Counted from the first letter of the stretch, positions 42,330 through 52,545 are shown. The stretch: 64,000 nucleotides of DNA from Rhodothermales bacterium (GCA_041690215.1 JAWLHQ010000006.1:200838-264837), one strand, 5' to 3'. Translations and numbers: made by a program. The notes: generated by a model not told the origin, from the letters alone.

Positions 42330-43373
42330 ATGAGTATGTCAGACCGTTTCGTTCCAGATGGCAGTAAAAACGGACATTCTGCCGGGAGGCATCCCGCCAT
42401 ATCATCGCATGGATACGATGTAGAGCAGGCAACGCCGCTTACAGATCACTGGATCCGGGTATTCGGTCCTTCATCTCTGTCCAACCTGGGACCGGGTTAC
42501 GATACCATCGGGCTTTGCATCGGAGGTATCGGGGATTACATCGAGGCTCGTCTCGACGAGAAGCCCGGGGTGCGGATAGAGTATATCGAAGGCGATCATG
42601 GGTTGATACCCAATGACCCGGAACGGAACACGGCTTCCGTCGCGGCGCGGAACGTACTGGAACAGTTGCAATCTCCGTACGGCATGGTTATGCGCATCAA
42701 GAAGCACGTCCCATTCGGTTCCGGTATCGGTGGGTCGGCGGCGAGCGCTGTAGCGGGGGCATGGGCGGCGAGCCTGCTGCATGGCGTGGCACTCCACAAG
42801 CATGAGCTGGTAGATGCGGTCTTAACGGGCGAACAGGTTGCCTCGGGAGGGCGGCATGGGGATAACGTGCTGCCCGCTCTGTTCGGTGGTCTGGTGCTCG
42901 TATCAGCCACGGATCCTACGCGGTATCGGCGGATTCCGCTGGTGAAGGAGCTACCGCTTGCGGTTATCACGCCACAGGTGCAGATATTGACCAAGCAAGC
43001 GCGTGAGATGCTGCCCCGGGAAGTACGCCTGCGTGACGCCGTCCAGAATGCATCCGATCTCGCCTTTCTAGTAGATGCATTTCGGTGCGGAGACTGGGAA
43101 ACAGTCGGGCGATGCATCATGACGGACCGGCTTGTAGAGCCCGTTCGGGCTACATTGGTGCCGTGTTATGAGGCCGTCCGGCAGGCCGCAATGGAGGCGG
43201 GGGCGCTCGGCTGTGCATTGACCGGTTCCGGCCCTTCGATGTTTGCTGTCGCTGCGACACCTGCTATCGCAGAGCGCGTCACGGAGGCTATGTTGGACGC
43301 GAGCCGTAGCATGGGCATACCAGCTATCGGGTGTGCGACCGAGGCCAACCCAGATGGTGTTACGTCTTGCTAG
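42330..43373 (+). CDS. thrB: homoserine kinase
   Basis: GHMP kinase motifs NLGPGYDTIGL and PFGSGIGGSAASAVA. The start is ambiguous (TTG 42324, ATG 42330 or ATG 42336). An N-terminal extension of about 45 aa precedes the conserved core. Confidence 0.85.
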   Translation: MSMSDRFVPDGSKNGHSAGRHPAISSHGYDVEQATPLTDHWIRVFGPSSLSNLGPGYDTIGLCIGGIGDYIEARLDEKPGVRIEYIEGDHGLIPNDPERNTASVAARNVLEQLQSPYGMVMRIKKHVPFGSGIGGSAASAVAGAWAASLLHGVALHKHELVDAVLTGEQVASGGRHGDNVLPALFGGLVLVSATDPTRYRRIPLVKELPLAVITPQVQILTKQAREMLPREVRLRDAVQNASDLAFLVDAFRCGDWETVGRCIMTDRLVEPVRATLVPCYEAVRQAAMEAGALGCALTGSGPSMFAVAATPAIAERVTEAMLDASRSMGIPAIGCATEANPDGVTSC

Positions 43374-43432
43374 GACAGAGAACCGCAGTCGATCGACCCT
43401 TGTCTCAGTAAGCCCGTTTCCGTTCATCCGTT

Positions 43433-44755
43433 ATGTCGTTTTCTGCTGAATCGCCTCGTTATGTTTCTACCCGGAACGAGAAGAAAGTAGTCTCTTTCCG
43501 TGAGGCGCTTTTATCCGGTCTCGCACCGGATGGGGGGCTCTACGTGCCGACATTCATTCCGCATGTGCCCGAAGCGGCATGGCGGGATGCTTCATCAATA
43601 GCGGAACTGGGGGCTCGTGTGCTACCGTTCTGGTTAGGAGGGGAGGTGCCCGAACGGGATGTCATGGCCATCACAGCAGATGCATTGAACTTCGATGCAC
43701 CAGTCGTGCGCCTCGGGCAGGGGGCATGGATGGATACCTACGTGCTGGAGTTGTTTCATGGGCCTACCCTCTCTTTCAAAGATTTCGGTGCGCGTACGAT
43801 GGCTCGCCTGATGAACTACTTTCTTCAGGATCAGGAGGAGCCGCTGACGATTCTGGTAGCGACCAGTGGCGATACAGGGAGTGCTGTAGCGGACGGGTTT
43901 GCCGGGCAGGATAAGATCCGGGTGGTGCTCCTGTATCCACAGGGACAGGTGAGCCCGATCCAGGAACGGCAACTCATCGCGAAGCGATCCGGCGTCAAGG
44001 CACTGGCGGTACAGGGGACGTTCGACGATTGCCAGCGCATGGTAAAGGAGGCTTTCGTTGATCCGGATCTGGCGCATATCCCACTCTCGTCGGCGAACTC
44101 GATCAACATTGCCAGGTTGCTCCCACAGATGTTGTACTACTTCTGGGGTTATCAGCGGCTGAATATTCCGAGCACGCACTTCTGTGTACCGAGCGGTAAT
44201 CTGGGTAACCTCACAGGAGGAATCCTGGCAGCGCTCAGCGGATTACCCGTACCCCGGTTTATAGCTGCACACAATGCCAACGATTTTTTTCCGCGTCATC
44301 TAGCGGAGGGCTGGATGAAATTCCAGCCGTCTGTACGCACGCGTTCAAATGCGATGGATGTGGGTGTGCCCAGCAACTTCGAGCGGCTTCAGTACCTTCT
44401 TCAGGGTGAGGAAATGCGACGCCGTATCTGGGGTACTAGCGTGACGGACGCAGAGACGCTTGCCACGATGCGCCGGGTATATGAGGAAACGGATTACGTT
44501 GCAGATCCGCACACGGCAGTCGGATTAGAAGCGGCGCAGCGCTTTCGGCGCGATTCGGGAGAGGAGGCACCGATTATCGTTCTTTCAACCGCACACCCGG
44601 CCAAGTTCCCCGAGACAGTCCAGGAGGCGCTGGGAATTGAGCCTCCGATGCCAGAGCGCCTATCCCGGCTGTGGCAGGAGGATACATCAGTCGAAGTGAC
44701 GGCGCCCACGCTAGAAGCACTCAAGGAGCACGTTCTGGCCCATGTTCGAGTCTGA
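43433..44755 (+). CDS. thrC: threonine synthase
   Basis: 440 aa. PLP-lysine motif GPTLSFKDFG and SGDTGSAV. Confidence 0.95.
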   Translation: MSFSAESPRYVSTRNEKKVVSFREALLSGLAPDGGLYVPTFIPHVPEAAWRDASSIAELGARVLPFWLGGEVPERDVMAITADALNFDAPVVRLGQGAWMDTYVLELFHGPTLSFKDFGARTMARLMNYFLQDQEEPLTILVATSGDTGSAVADGFAGQDKIRVVLLYPQGQVSPIQERQLIAKRSGVKALAVQGTFDDCQRMVKEAFVDPDLAHIPLSSANSINIARLLPQMLYYFWGYQRLNIPSTHFCVPSGNLGNLTGGILAALSGLPVPRFIAAHNANDFFPRHLAEGWMKFQPSVRTRSNAMDVGVPSNFERLQYLLQGEEMRRRIWGTSVTDAETLATMRRVYEETDYVADPHTAVGLEAAQRFRRDSGEEAPIIVLSTAHPAKFPETVQEALGIEPPMPERLSRLWQEDTSVEVTAPTLEALKEHVLAHVRV

Positions 44756-45509
44756 TGAAGGGGCATACCCCACTATAGCCCGCCTACCCGAAACACTGTT
44801 CATTCCGGAACAGATCGACCTCACGTTCAGCGGTTTCGGGAAGGAAGCCTTTGAGATTCTCGATCGACTCAAAACGAATCCGCATATCGAACAATACCGG
44901 CGTGAGAAAGAGGGCATTCAGCACTATCTGATGAGTCCATTCAGGGAGTACCGGGATGACCTTGTCATCAATCTCGTGCTTCCCAATACCTTGCCGCTGG
45001 AGACGGAACGGAACGTCTTTAGCCGTCTTCTCAAGAACGACTTTGGTGCGGGTGGGTGTCATCATCATCTCTGGATGTCCTTTTACCGGCCCGGATACAC
45101 TCGTCTCAGAGATATCCAGCTTCCACACAGCATTGATCCTGCGGGATTCTCTGTCGGGCTGTATCTGGGCGCTCACGCTCCATCCATTCTGAAGGATGCC
45201 AGGCGGCGCATTGAAACCGGCAGGTCCGAGTTCGTCGTGCTCGTAAATGAACTGCTCTCTCTGTCACGCTGGCAGTTCAATTACTATCTTGGTACCGGGG
45301 CGGCAGAGGAGAGCAGGGTAGTAACGGCTCCTCTCAATGACCTACCTGCCGAGATCTTGAAAGCGACTGGCCTCTGGTTCAGAGCGCAATTCGAGCGAGA
45401 TGAGGTCATCGAATGGGGCGGCGAACTCCTGTCATATTCGCTGCGCGCCATGCAGGTTATCTGGCCACTCTACCTGTTCTTTGTGGGGAGTGTAGAAGCC
45501 AACACCTGA
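44742..45509 (+). CDS. hypothetical protein, possibly DUF2461/TIGR02453-like
   Basis: 255 aa. It overlaps the thrC stop by 14 nt. FSGFGKEAFEILDRLKTNPHIEQYRREKE resembles the DUF2461 N-terminus. The family call is tentative. Confidence 0.55.
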   Translation: MFESDEGAYPTIARLPETLFIPEQIDLTFSGFGKEAFEILDRLKTNPHIEQYRREKEGIQHYLMSPFREYRDDLVINLVLPNTLPLETERNVFSRLLKNDFGAGGCHHHLWMSFYRPGYTRLRDIQLPHSIDPAGFSVGLYLGAHAPSILKDARRRIETGRSEFVVLVNELLSLSRWQFNYYLGTGAAEESRVVTAPLNDLPAEILKATGLWFRAQFERDEVIEWGGELLSYSLRAMQVIWPLYLFFVGSVEANT

Positions 45510-45568
45510 TTTCCTTGCGTTCGTATGGGCGTGCGAACCCGCGTAACCGATTTACTCACCGGCCTGAG

Positions 45569-46357
45569 ATGAATGAACTACTCGAGATACAGAAAGCAGG
45601 ACCGGTGCTTACGCTGACGTTGAACCGCCCCGACAAGCGGAATGCCCTGAATGCGGAACTCGTCTCGGCGTTGTCCCGCGCACTGAACGAGGCGGCAGAC
45701 GACGAGACCGTACGTGTACTCGTTTTGACCGGAGCAGGGTCAGTCTTCTCGGCGGGTGCAGATCTGGATGCGTTACAGCGGATGCAAGAGGCTTCCGCTG
45801 CGGAGAATCTGGCTGACTCGGAGCGCCTCGCGAAACTATTCGAGCAGATTTATCGACACCCGAAGCCCGTTATTGCAAAGATAAACGGACATGCCATTGC
45901 GGGTGGGTGTGGGTTGGCAGCGGTGAGTGATTTCAGTATTGCCGCAGAAGGAGCAAAGCTTGGTTTTACGGAGGTGCGGATCGGATTCGTACCCGCTATC
46001 GTCTCTGTATTTACGTTGCGTAAGCTGGGGGAGACCGTTGCGCGTGAGTTGTTGCTTCGGGGAGCGTTGATCACGGCTGAAACGGCGGCTGACATCGGAC
46101 TTATCACTCGCACCGTTCCGGCTGACCAACTCGACGAGACCGTGGACAGGTTGGCTGCCGAGATCGCCTCAAACACCAGCGGGACTGCTGTGGCACTCAC
46201 AAAGCGGCTACTGGCGAACGTGTCGGGAATGGGGCTCAAGGAAGCTCTTTCCTATGCGACACAACTCAACGCGTTCGCAAGGGGCACTGAGGATTGCCGA
46301 GCGGGGATTGAGGCTTTCCTGAATAAAACGGACCCGCCCTGGAAGCGGGGCATGTGA
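45569..46357 (+). CDS. enoyl-CoA hydratase/isomerase family protein
   Basis: The track ORF starts at 45413. The ATG at 45569 gives MNELLEIQKAGPVLTLTLNRPDKRNALN. Crotonase motifs VLTGAGSVFSAGADL and INGHAIAGGCGLA. Confidence 0.85.
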   Translation: MNELLEIQKAGPVLTLTLNRPDKRNALNAELVSALSRALNEAADDETVRVLVLTGAGSVFSAGADLDALQRMQEASAAENLADSERLAKLFEQIYRHPKPVIAKINGHAIAGGCGLAAVSDFSIAAEGAKLGFTEVRIGFVPAIVSVFTLRKLGETVARELLLRGALITAETAADIGLITRTVPADQLDETVDRLAAEIASNTSGTAVALTKRLLANVSGMGLKEALSYATQLNAFARGTEDCRAGIEAFLNKTDPPWKRGM

Positions 46358-46440
46358 TCGGCGGCCGTACTCTGAAGCCCATTGTCTAGTAGGACAGGTA
46401 AGCTTGTCTGGAATTGGCAAGCTTGGCGAAGTGTGCAAAG

Positions 46441-47346
46441 TCAGGATGCAGGAAGGCCGGAAATAAAGTCGCGAAGAAGCGCATTGAACTGCCCAGCCTC
46501 ATCAACGAAGAGCGCATGTCCCGCCTCGAAAACCTCCACGCGAGCCGTAGGCACGAGCGTTCGGACCATCTCTGCCTGACTTTCGAGTTGCGGGGTGACC
46601 ACATACAGGATGGGCCGGTTCACGCGCTGCAGGTTCGGCCGCCAGTCTCCCTTCGTAAGCATGAGGTTGGCCAGCAGTGTGAAGGCCGTATTCGTCGGGG
46701 TACGCAGAGAGGCTTCCATGATCCGGTTCAGGTAGGCTTCCGGCTGGGGCTTGCGGTACATGCTGCGCACGAACGCTTCCGTATATCCCTGGCGATCGCG
46801 CTGCATGGCCAGGAGTAGCGGGGTGAGCGGATTGGGAGCGGAGGGATCCGCATCGGCACCGATGAAACCGTCTACGAGCACCACAGCGCGGAGTGTCTCC
46901 GTACCGTGCTCTTGCGTATAGGTCAGTACCTCCGGCACACCCAGCGACCAACCCACGAGGACCGCTTCCTTCAATCGCAGGTGCTGGAACAGGTCGTGTA
47001 TGTCGCTCGCCCTGCGCTCGAGGTAATGCCCCTCTGTGGCCTGCTCGGATGCCCCCTGTGAGCGGGGATCCAGTGCGATGACCCGGAATTCACGCGAGAG
47101 GTCGCGAAGCTGTGCTTCCCAGATTTCCGCAGGCATCGTCCATCCGGGAACGAAAATGAGGGCCGGGCCTGTTCCGGCCTCCAAGTAATGAAGCCGGACG
47201 CCATCGCTGGTAGTAAAGAAACGGCTCTGGATAGGCTGTGCATGAAACGTATCGACGGATTGAGCAAAGAGATCCTGCCGCGGCGGTAATCCAGAGATAA
47301 GCAGACCGAGAATGAAGATTACACCCAGGAATGATGGCCTGATCAT
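46441..47346 (-). CDS. alpha/beta hydrolase, secreted
   Basis: The track ORF extends to 47520. The ATG at 47346 gives the signal peptide MIRPSFLGVIFILGLLISG. HGWTMP-like FVPGWTM and the nucleophile elbow GWSLG. Confidence 0.8.
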   Translation of the reverse strand: MIRPSFLGVIFILGLLISGLPPRQDLFAQSVDTFHAQPIQSRFFTTSDGVRLHYLEAGTGPALIFVPGWTMPAEIWEAQLRDLSREFRVIALDPRSQGASEQATEGHYLERRASDIHDLFQHLRLKEAVLVGWSLGVPEVLTYTQEHGTETLRAVVLVDGFIGADADPSAPNPLTPLLLAMQRDRQGYTEAFVRSMYRKPQPEAYLNRIMEASLRTPTNTAFTLLANLMLTKGDWRPNLQRVNRPILYVVTPQLESQAEMVRTLVPTARVEVFEAGHALFVDEAGQFNALLRDFISGLPAS

Positions 47347-47537
47347 GTGTCCCTCGGAGAGAGGTGGAGTAAACGGTTTGCGAAAAGCGGGCGAAAGATA
47401 TTTCAGCAGTTGCGAAAAGTCACTTCGGACATCGTCCAGACGGTAAGGATTGAATGGAAGCGGGATGCGTCCAACCGGCTCACCGTCAGGGTGGAATATC
47501 CAGGTTTGTGGTACGGCCATTCGGAACGGGCGAACAC

Positions 47538-48119
47538 CTAGCTACCTTCGACGGCAGCGGTACGCTCGATGCGCTCCTGTCTCAGCAGGTACCTGACTAT
47601 ACCGTACTGAAAGACGATAGTGAGGGGGATCACCGTCAGGTTTTTCATGAAGAGCGTAGCAGCTGCCTGCACCGAGTCCTCATTCGATCCTGGAACGCCC
47701 CAACTTGTCATGAGCGAGTACACTGTCCGGGTCTGCGAGACCTCACCAATTACATAATTGATCGCGATTGCGGTTAACCCAAAGAGCAGGATATCTCGAA
47801 GCACCGCCCTCCACTGTTCTTTGATGGTTTGGCCCATCCGGGCAAACGCGGCATTTTTCTCGGCCTCTGGTAGACGAACGATGGTCCTCACCTTTTTGAG
47901 CCCAGGCCCCAGCGCTCCCTCACCAATTGCGATCAAGGCAATGGCAACCCTCGCGGCCAACACGACGATCTCCAGAATGACAAAGACCACAACCGGCAGG
48001 TAGTCTTCCCAGCCGACCTGAATCACTCTGCTGATGGCGACGATGAGGGATACGCTCAGGATTACGGGAGCATGTCTGAGAAAGAACGAAAAGGTATAGG
48101 TGAATGCAGACTGGCTCAT
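47538..48119 (-). CDS. hypothetical integral membrane protein
   Basis: 193 aa with four to five hydrophobic helices. I recognise no family. Confidence 0.55.
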   Translation of the reverse strand: MSQSAFTYTFSFFLRHAPVILSVSLIVAISRVIQVGWEDYLPVVVFVILEIVVLAARVAIALIAIGEGALGPGLKKVRTIVRLPEAEKNAAFARMGQTIKEQWRAVLRDILLFGLTAIAINYVIGEVSQTRTVYSLMTSWGVPGSNEDSVQAAATLFMKNLTVIPLTIVFQYGIVRYLLRQERIERTAAVEGS

Positions 48120-48316
48120 GGTGAGGTTACTCCCTGAGATTCACATGAATCAATTGGGCCGACACAAGACAGTGGATCAAGCGTAAGCCGGTTACGATGC
48201 GCTTATCCTGAAGGTTACATTTTCATTGCGGAGCAGGGGGTAGCGGGGAAGTGGGGATCGGGCCGTGACGGTACTATCACATGCTGCCGCAGTGCCGTAT
48301 GTCAATCTCGCACATC

Positions 48317-48330
48317 TAGCGTTAACGCTA
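48317..48330. promoter_or_regulatory. perfect 14-bp palindrome TAGCGTTAACGCTA
   Basis: Located in the divergent intergenic region between the 48119 (minus) and 48431 (plus) starts. Candidate operator only. Confidence 0.2.
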
Positions 48331-48430
48331 AGTTCACTGATCCCATGCGGAGCTTAGATCATCAGGAACAGCGAAAGTCCGTATACTTTGTCGATAAGTT
48401 TTACTGGTTCGTTTGCTCAAAACATATCCA

Positions 48431-49648
48431 ATGGCGACTCTACACCCGTTTCGCGCAGTTCGTCCCATCCCCGAGAAAGCAGCAGAGGTCGCGTGCGTTC
48501 CGTACGACGTAATCAGTAGTGAGGAGGCGCGAGCACTGGCCGAAGGAAATCCGATCAGCTTCCTGCATGTGATCCGCCCCGAAATCGATCTTCCGGAGAG
48601 CGTGGATGAGCACGACGATGCGGTGTACGAAATGGGGGCAGAGAATCTTGAACGGTTTGTCGGAGCCTCTTACACGGTACAGGAGTCGGAGCCTTCCGTC
48701 TACGTGTATCGTCTCATCATGAACGGGCGGTCGCAGACGGGTATCTTCGGGTGTGTGTCGGTTGCTGAGTACGATAATGACACGATCCTGAAGCATGAGA
48801 AGACGCGTCCCGCAAAGGAGGATGACCGCACCCGGCACATCCTCACCCAGCAGGCGCATGCTGAGCCGGTCATGCTTACGTTCCGTGATGATCCGGAAGT
48901 AAACCGGATCATGGAGGCGACGATGAAGACCGAGCCTTTGTACGACTTTACGGCGGTGGACGGGATTCAGCATACGATCTGGCGGGTACCGGAGTCGGAT
49001 AACCTGGTTCGGGCCTTCCAGAATGTGGATCGCCTCTACGTGGCTGACGGACATCACCGTTGCAAGGCAGCGAGCCGGGCCGCAGAAGAGATGCGGAAAG
49101 AATCCGCTTCAGATGGCGAAGCAGAATACAACTTCTTCCCCGCTGTGCTCTTTCCGATGGGGCAGATGCATATCATGCCGTATAACCGCATTGTGCATAC
49201 GCTTCCGATGTCCGGCGAAGAGTTTCTGCGGCAGCTAGAGCAGCGAATGAACGTGCGCAGGAATGAAGGAAAAGCTGCTCCCGAAAAACCCGGTGATATA
49301 TGCATCTACCTGGACGGGGTGTGGCACGGCGCGTCGCTGCCGCCATCGAAAGAAACGTCCCCAGTCGATCAACTCGATGTTGCGCGACTGAATGAGTATG
49401 TACTGGAGCCGATTCTGGGAATCAAAGATCCTCGCACCGACTCCAATCTCGATTTCGTAGGGGGCATTCGGGGAACCGCCGAGCTGGAACGACTCGTTGA
49501 TTCCGGAAAGGCTGCACTTGCCATCTCCATGTACGCGACATCCATCCAGGAATTGATCGACGTTTCAGACGCCGGCCTGCTGATGCCTCCGAAGTCCACA
49601 TGGTTCGAGCCGAAGCTTCGTAGCGGGTTGCTTGTTCACTTGTTCTAG
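48431..49648 (+). CDS. DUF1015 domain protein
   Basis: The ATG at 48431 gives MATLHPFRAVRP, the typical DUF1015 N-terminus. ADGHHR motif present. About 405 aa. Confidence 0.8.
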   Translation: MATLHPFRAVRPIPEKAAEVACVPYDVISSEEARALAEGNPISFLHVIRPEIDLPESVDEHDDAVYEMGAENLERFVGASYTVQESEPSVYVYRLIMNGRSQTGIFGCVSVAEYDNDTILKHEKTRPAKEDDRTRHILTQQAHAEPVMLTFRDDPEVNRIMEATMKTEPLYDFTAVDGIQHTIWRVPESDNLVRAFQNVDRLYVADGHHRCKAASRAAEEMRKESASDGEAEYNFFPAVLFPMGQMHIMPYNRIVHTLPMSGEEFLRQLEQRMNVRRNEGKAAPEKPGDICIYLDGVWHGASLPPSKETSPVDQLDVARLNEYVLEPILGIKDPRTDSNLDFVGGIRGTAELERLVDSGKAALAISMYATSIQELIDVSDAGLLMPPKSTWFEPKLRSGLLVHLF

Positions 49649-49671
49649 CGAGCGGTGTTCATCACCAGAGA

Positions 49672-49688
49672 ACACACACACACACACA
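49672..49688. repeat. (AC)8 dinucleotide microsatellite
   Basis: ACACACACACACACACA lies between the DUF1015 stop (49648) and the serC ATG (49732). Confidence 0.85.
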
Positions 49689-49731
49689 GGTATTTTTCAA
49701 CGCCACAACGCCAAAGCCTCTATATATTGCC

Positions 49732-50850
49732 ATGATGCAGCCAGTCGATTATAAAACGCCCGCCAGCGTCAACGGACAGAAGCGCCTGCACAACTTCTCG
49801 GCCGGTCCTGCCGTTTTGCCCCTGGAAGTGCTGAATGAGGTAAAGGATGAACTACCCGTCTATAAGGGTGCCGGGTCCTCTGTGCTGGAGATCAGCCACC
49901 GCTCGCCGGAGTACGACGCCATCCAGGAATCCGCCATCTCGACGCTCAAGCGGCTGCTGGGACTGGGAGACGACTGGCATGTGCTCTTTCTGCAAGGCGG
50001 GGCGTCCATGCAATTCTATCAGGTACCGCTCAATTTCCTGCCCAAGGATGGTTCAGCCGATTACATCGTAACGGGATCCTGGGCGAAAAAAGCGCTCAAG
50101 GAAGCCAAGTTCGTCGGAGCGCCCAAGGTAGCCGCGACCAGCGAGGATAAGAACTTCTCCTACATTCCGAAGCCGGAAAGCTGGAATCTGAATCCCAATG
50201 CAGCCTACCTGCACTTCACATCCAACAATACGATCTTTGGAACGCAGTTCAAGACAGAGCCGGACGTGCAGGTCCCGCTCGTTTGCGACGCGTCGAGTGA
50301 TTTTCTAAGTCGTCCGCTCGACATGAACCGCTACGGGCTCATCTACGCAGGCGCCCAGAAGAACCTTGGACCGGCCGGTGTGACGCTGGTTCTCATCAAG
50401 GACGAGTTCCTGCAGAAGCGGAACCCGAACCTCCCCACGATGCTCGATTATGGCACGCACGCGGCGGACCTTTTCAACACGCCTCCGGTGTTTGCTGTCT
50501 ATATCGTTGAGAAGGTGTTGCGCTGGCTGGAAAACCTCGGTGGCTTGAACGCAATTGCCCGGATCAACGAGAAGAAGGCGCAGAAGCTATACGAGCGGAT
50601 CGATCGGAATGATTTCTACCGGGGTACGGCTGAGAAGGAATCTCGCTCGCTCATGAATGTATGCTTCCGTCTACAGAGTGAGGAGCTGGAAAAAATGTTT
50701 ATCTCGGAAGCCAAAGCTAATGGCCTGCTCGCTCTCAAGGGGCACCGTTCGGTGGGGGGCATTCGGGCCTCCATCTACAACGCCTGTCCGATGGATAGCG
50801 TCGATGCCCTCGTGTCGTTCATGGACGATTTCGAAGGGAAGAAAGGCTGA
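49732..50850 (+). CDS. serC: phosphoserine aminotransferase
   Basis: 372 aa. NFSAGPAVLP N-terminal motif and a class-V aminotransferase core. Confidence 0.95.
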   Translation: MMQPVDYKTPASVNGQKRLHNFSAGPAVLPLEVLNEVKDELPVYKGAGSSVLEISHRSPEYDAIQESAISTLKRLLGLGDDWHVLFLQGGASMQFYQVPLNFLPKDGSADYIVTGSWAKKALKEAKFVGAPKVAATSEDKNFSYIPKPESWNLNPNAAYLHFTSNNTIFGTQFKTEPDVQVPLVCDASSDFLSRPLDMNRYGLIYAGAQKNLGPAGVTLVLIKDEFLQKRNPNLPTMLDYGTHAADLFNTPPVFAVYIVEKVLRWLENLGGLNAIARINEKKAQKLYERIDRNDFYRGTAEKESRSLMNVCFRLQSEELEKMFISEAKANGLLALKGHRSVGGIRASIYNACPMDSVDALVSFMDDFEGKKG

Positions 50851-50880
50851 TCCCCCGCCAACAAACGACGAGTTGATCTT

Positions 50881-50912
50881 GAGGGCGTTGCATAGCAACG
50901 CCCTCATTGCTA
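50881..50912 (+). terminator. probable terminator hairpin after serC
   Basis: GAGGGCGTTGC (50881-50891) pairs perfectly with GCAACGCCCTC (50895-50905). The following tract ATTGCTAT is U-poor. Confidence 0.55.
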
Positions 50913-51029
50913 TATACAGAGCGAGTGTGCGTCCTTCATGTTCCTTCGAAAGGTAGGCCCTGAATACAGGTGCCGGAATGAGGGCGGCAGGAGGCGATAG
51001 TGGATTTCGGATTTGAAGAAGGCGTTGCT

Positions 51030-52163
51030 ATGGCTCTAACGATTGGTGTTCCAGCCGAGACCATGCCCGGAGAGCGGCGTGTAGCGCTCGTACCCGATGT
51101 GATATCACGGTTCGTGAAGCAGGGGATCGAGGTCGTCGTGGAGTCTGGTGCGGGGTTGCCCTCATTCATAGACGACGCCACCTACGAAAGTCAGGGGGCG
51201 CGCATCGTTGATCGCGAGACTGCCTGGAGTGCTCCTATCGTGACGAAGGTGCAGGCGCCTTCAGAGAAGGAGATCGAATTACTCTCACCGGGGGCTGTGC
51301 TCGTTGGCTTGTTGAGTCCGCTTGATCGCCCGGAGTTGTGCATTTTGTTGGCGGAGCGGGGTGTTACAGCCCTGAGCATGGAACTCGTGCCTCGCATTTC
51401 CCGCGCACAGAAGATGGATGCCCTTTCCGCGATGAGTGCTATCGCCGGATACAAGGCTGTGCTCGTGGCTGCCAATACGCTGCCGAAATTCCTCCCGCTG
51501 CTTACGACGGCGGCTGGTACGATTCGCCCTGCCAGTGTGCTCGTGCTGGGTGCGGGTGTTGCCGGGCTGCAGGCGATTGCAACGGCACGAAGACTCGGTG
51601 CGCGTGTGTCAGCGTATGATGTCCGGCCGGCCGTACGCGAAGAGGTACAGAGCCTGGGGGCCAGTTTCGTGGAACTGGCTCTGGAAACGGCAAACGCACA
51701 GGACTCCGGAGGCTATGCGAAGGCACTGGCAGAAGAGCAGCAGCGCCGGCAGGTCGAGCTTCTGGTGCCGCATGTCGGTGCGGCAGATGTGGTCATCACG
51801 ACAGCGTTGATTCCGGGGCGAAAGGCGCCACTCCTCATCAGCAGGGCGGCTGTCGAGGCCATGGCGGCCGGGTCCGTCATCATTGATCTTGCAGCCCCGA
51901 ACGGTGGGAACTGTGAGCTGACGAAGCCAGGACAGACGGTACATCATGCAGGGGTCCAGATCCTCGGCCCGCTGAATCTGCCCTCTGAGATGCCGGTGCA
52001 TGCGAGCCAGATGTATGCGCGGACCATCACGGCACTCCTCCAGGAGTTCGTTACCTCTGAGGGCTTCATGCCTAAGCACGATGATGAGGTGTTCCGATCC
52101 GTGTGTGTCACGTCTGGGGGCGAGATCGTGAACGAGCGTGTGAAATCGCTGATTCCTGCCTAA
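51030..52163 (+). CDS. pntAA: NAD(P) transhydrogenase subunit alpha part 1
   Basis: The track ORF starts at 51000. The ATG at 51030 gives MALTIGVPAETMPGERRVALVP. Rossmann motif VLGAGVAGLQAIATARRLGA. Confidence 0.9.
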   Translation: MALTIGVPAETMPGERRVALVPDVISRFVKQGIEVVVESGAGLPSFIDDATYESQGARIVDRETAWSAPIVTKVQAPSEKEIELLSPGAVLVGLLSPLDRPELCILLAERGVTALSMELVPRISRAQKMDALSAMSAIAGYKAVLVAANTLPKFLPLLTTAAGTIRPASVLVLGAGVAGLQAIATARRLGARVSAYDVRPAVREEVQSLGASFVELALETANAQDSGGYAKALAEEQQRRQVELLVPHVGAADVVITTALIPGRKAPLLISRAAVEAMAAGSVIIDLAAPNGGNCELTKPGQTVHHAGVQILGPLNLPSEMPVHASQMYARTITALLQEFVTSEGFMPKHDDEVFRSVCVTSGGEIVNERVKSLIPA

Positions 52164-52218
52164 CCGCACCCTGCTTTGCAGTTAGGCAGGGCTCCCGTTT
52201 GCTAACCCTTAGCGTTCT

Positions 52219-52545
52219 ATGGTCGAGAATATCATCATCTTCGTGCTTGCGTCCTTTGTCGGCTTCGAGGTCATAAGTAAGGTGCCTCAGACACTTCACA
52301 CGCCGCTGATGTCAGGTTCGAATGCCATCAGCGGCATTACCATTGTCGGTGCCCTGGTTGTGGCTGGCATGGTAGAAGGGGTTGCGGCGACATGGCTGGG
52401 CGTGATCTCGCTCATTCTGGCGACCATCAACGTGGTAGGAGGCTTTCTGGTGACCGACCGCATGCTCCGGATGTTCAAGCGGAAAGAGCCGGCTCGTCAG
52501 AAACGGGCCGCCGATGAGGAGAAACAGAAGAAGGTAGCGGCATGA
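52219..52545 (+). CDS. pntAB: NAD(P) transhydrogenase subunit alpha part 2 (membrane)
   Basis: 108 aa with three TM helices, lying between pntAA and pntB. Confidence 0.85.
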   Translation: MVENIIIFVLASFVGFEVISKVPQTLHTPLMSGSNAISGITIVGALVVAGMVEGVAATWLGVISLILATINVVGGFLVTDRMLRMFKRKEPARQKRAADEEKQKKVAA

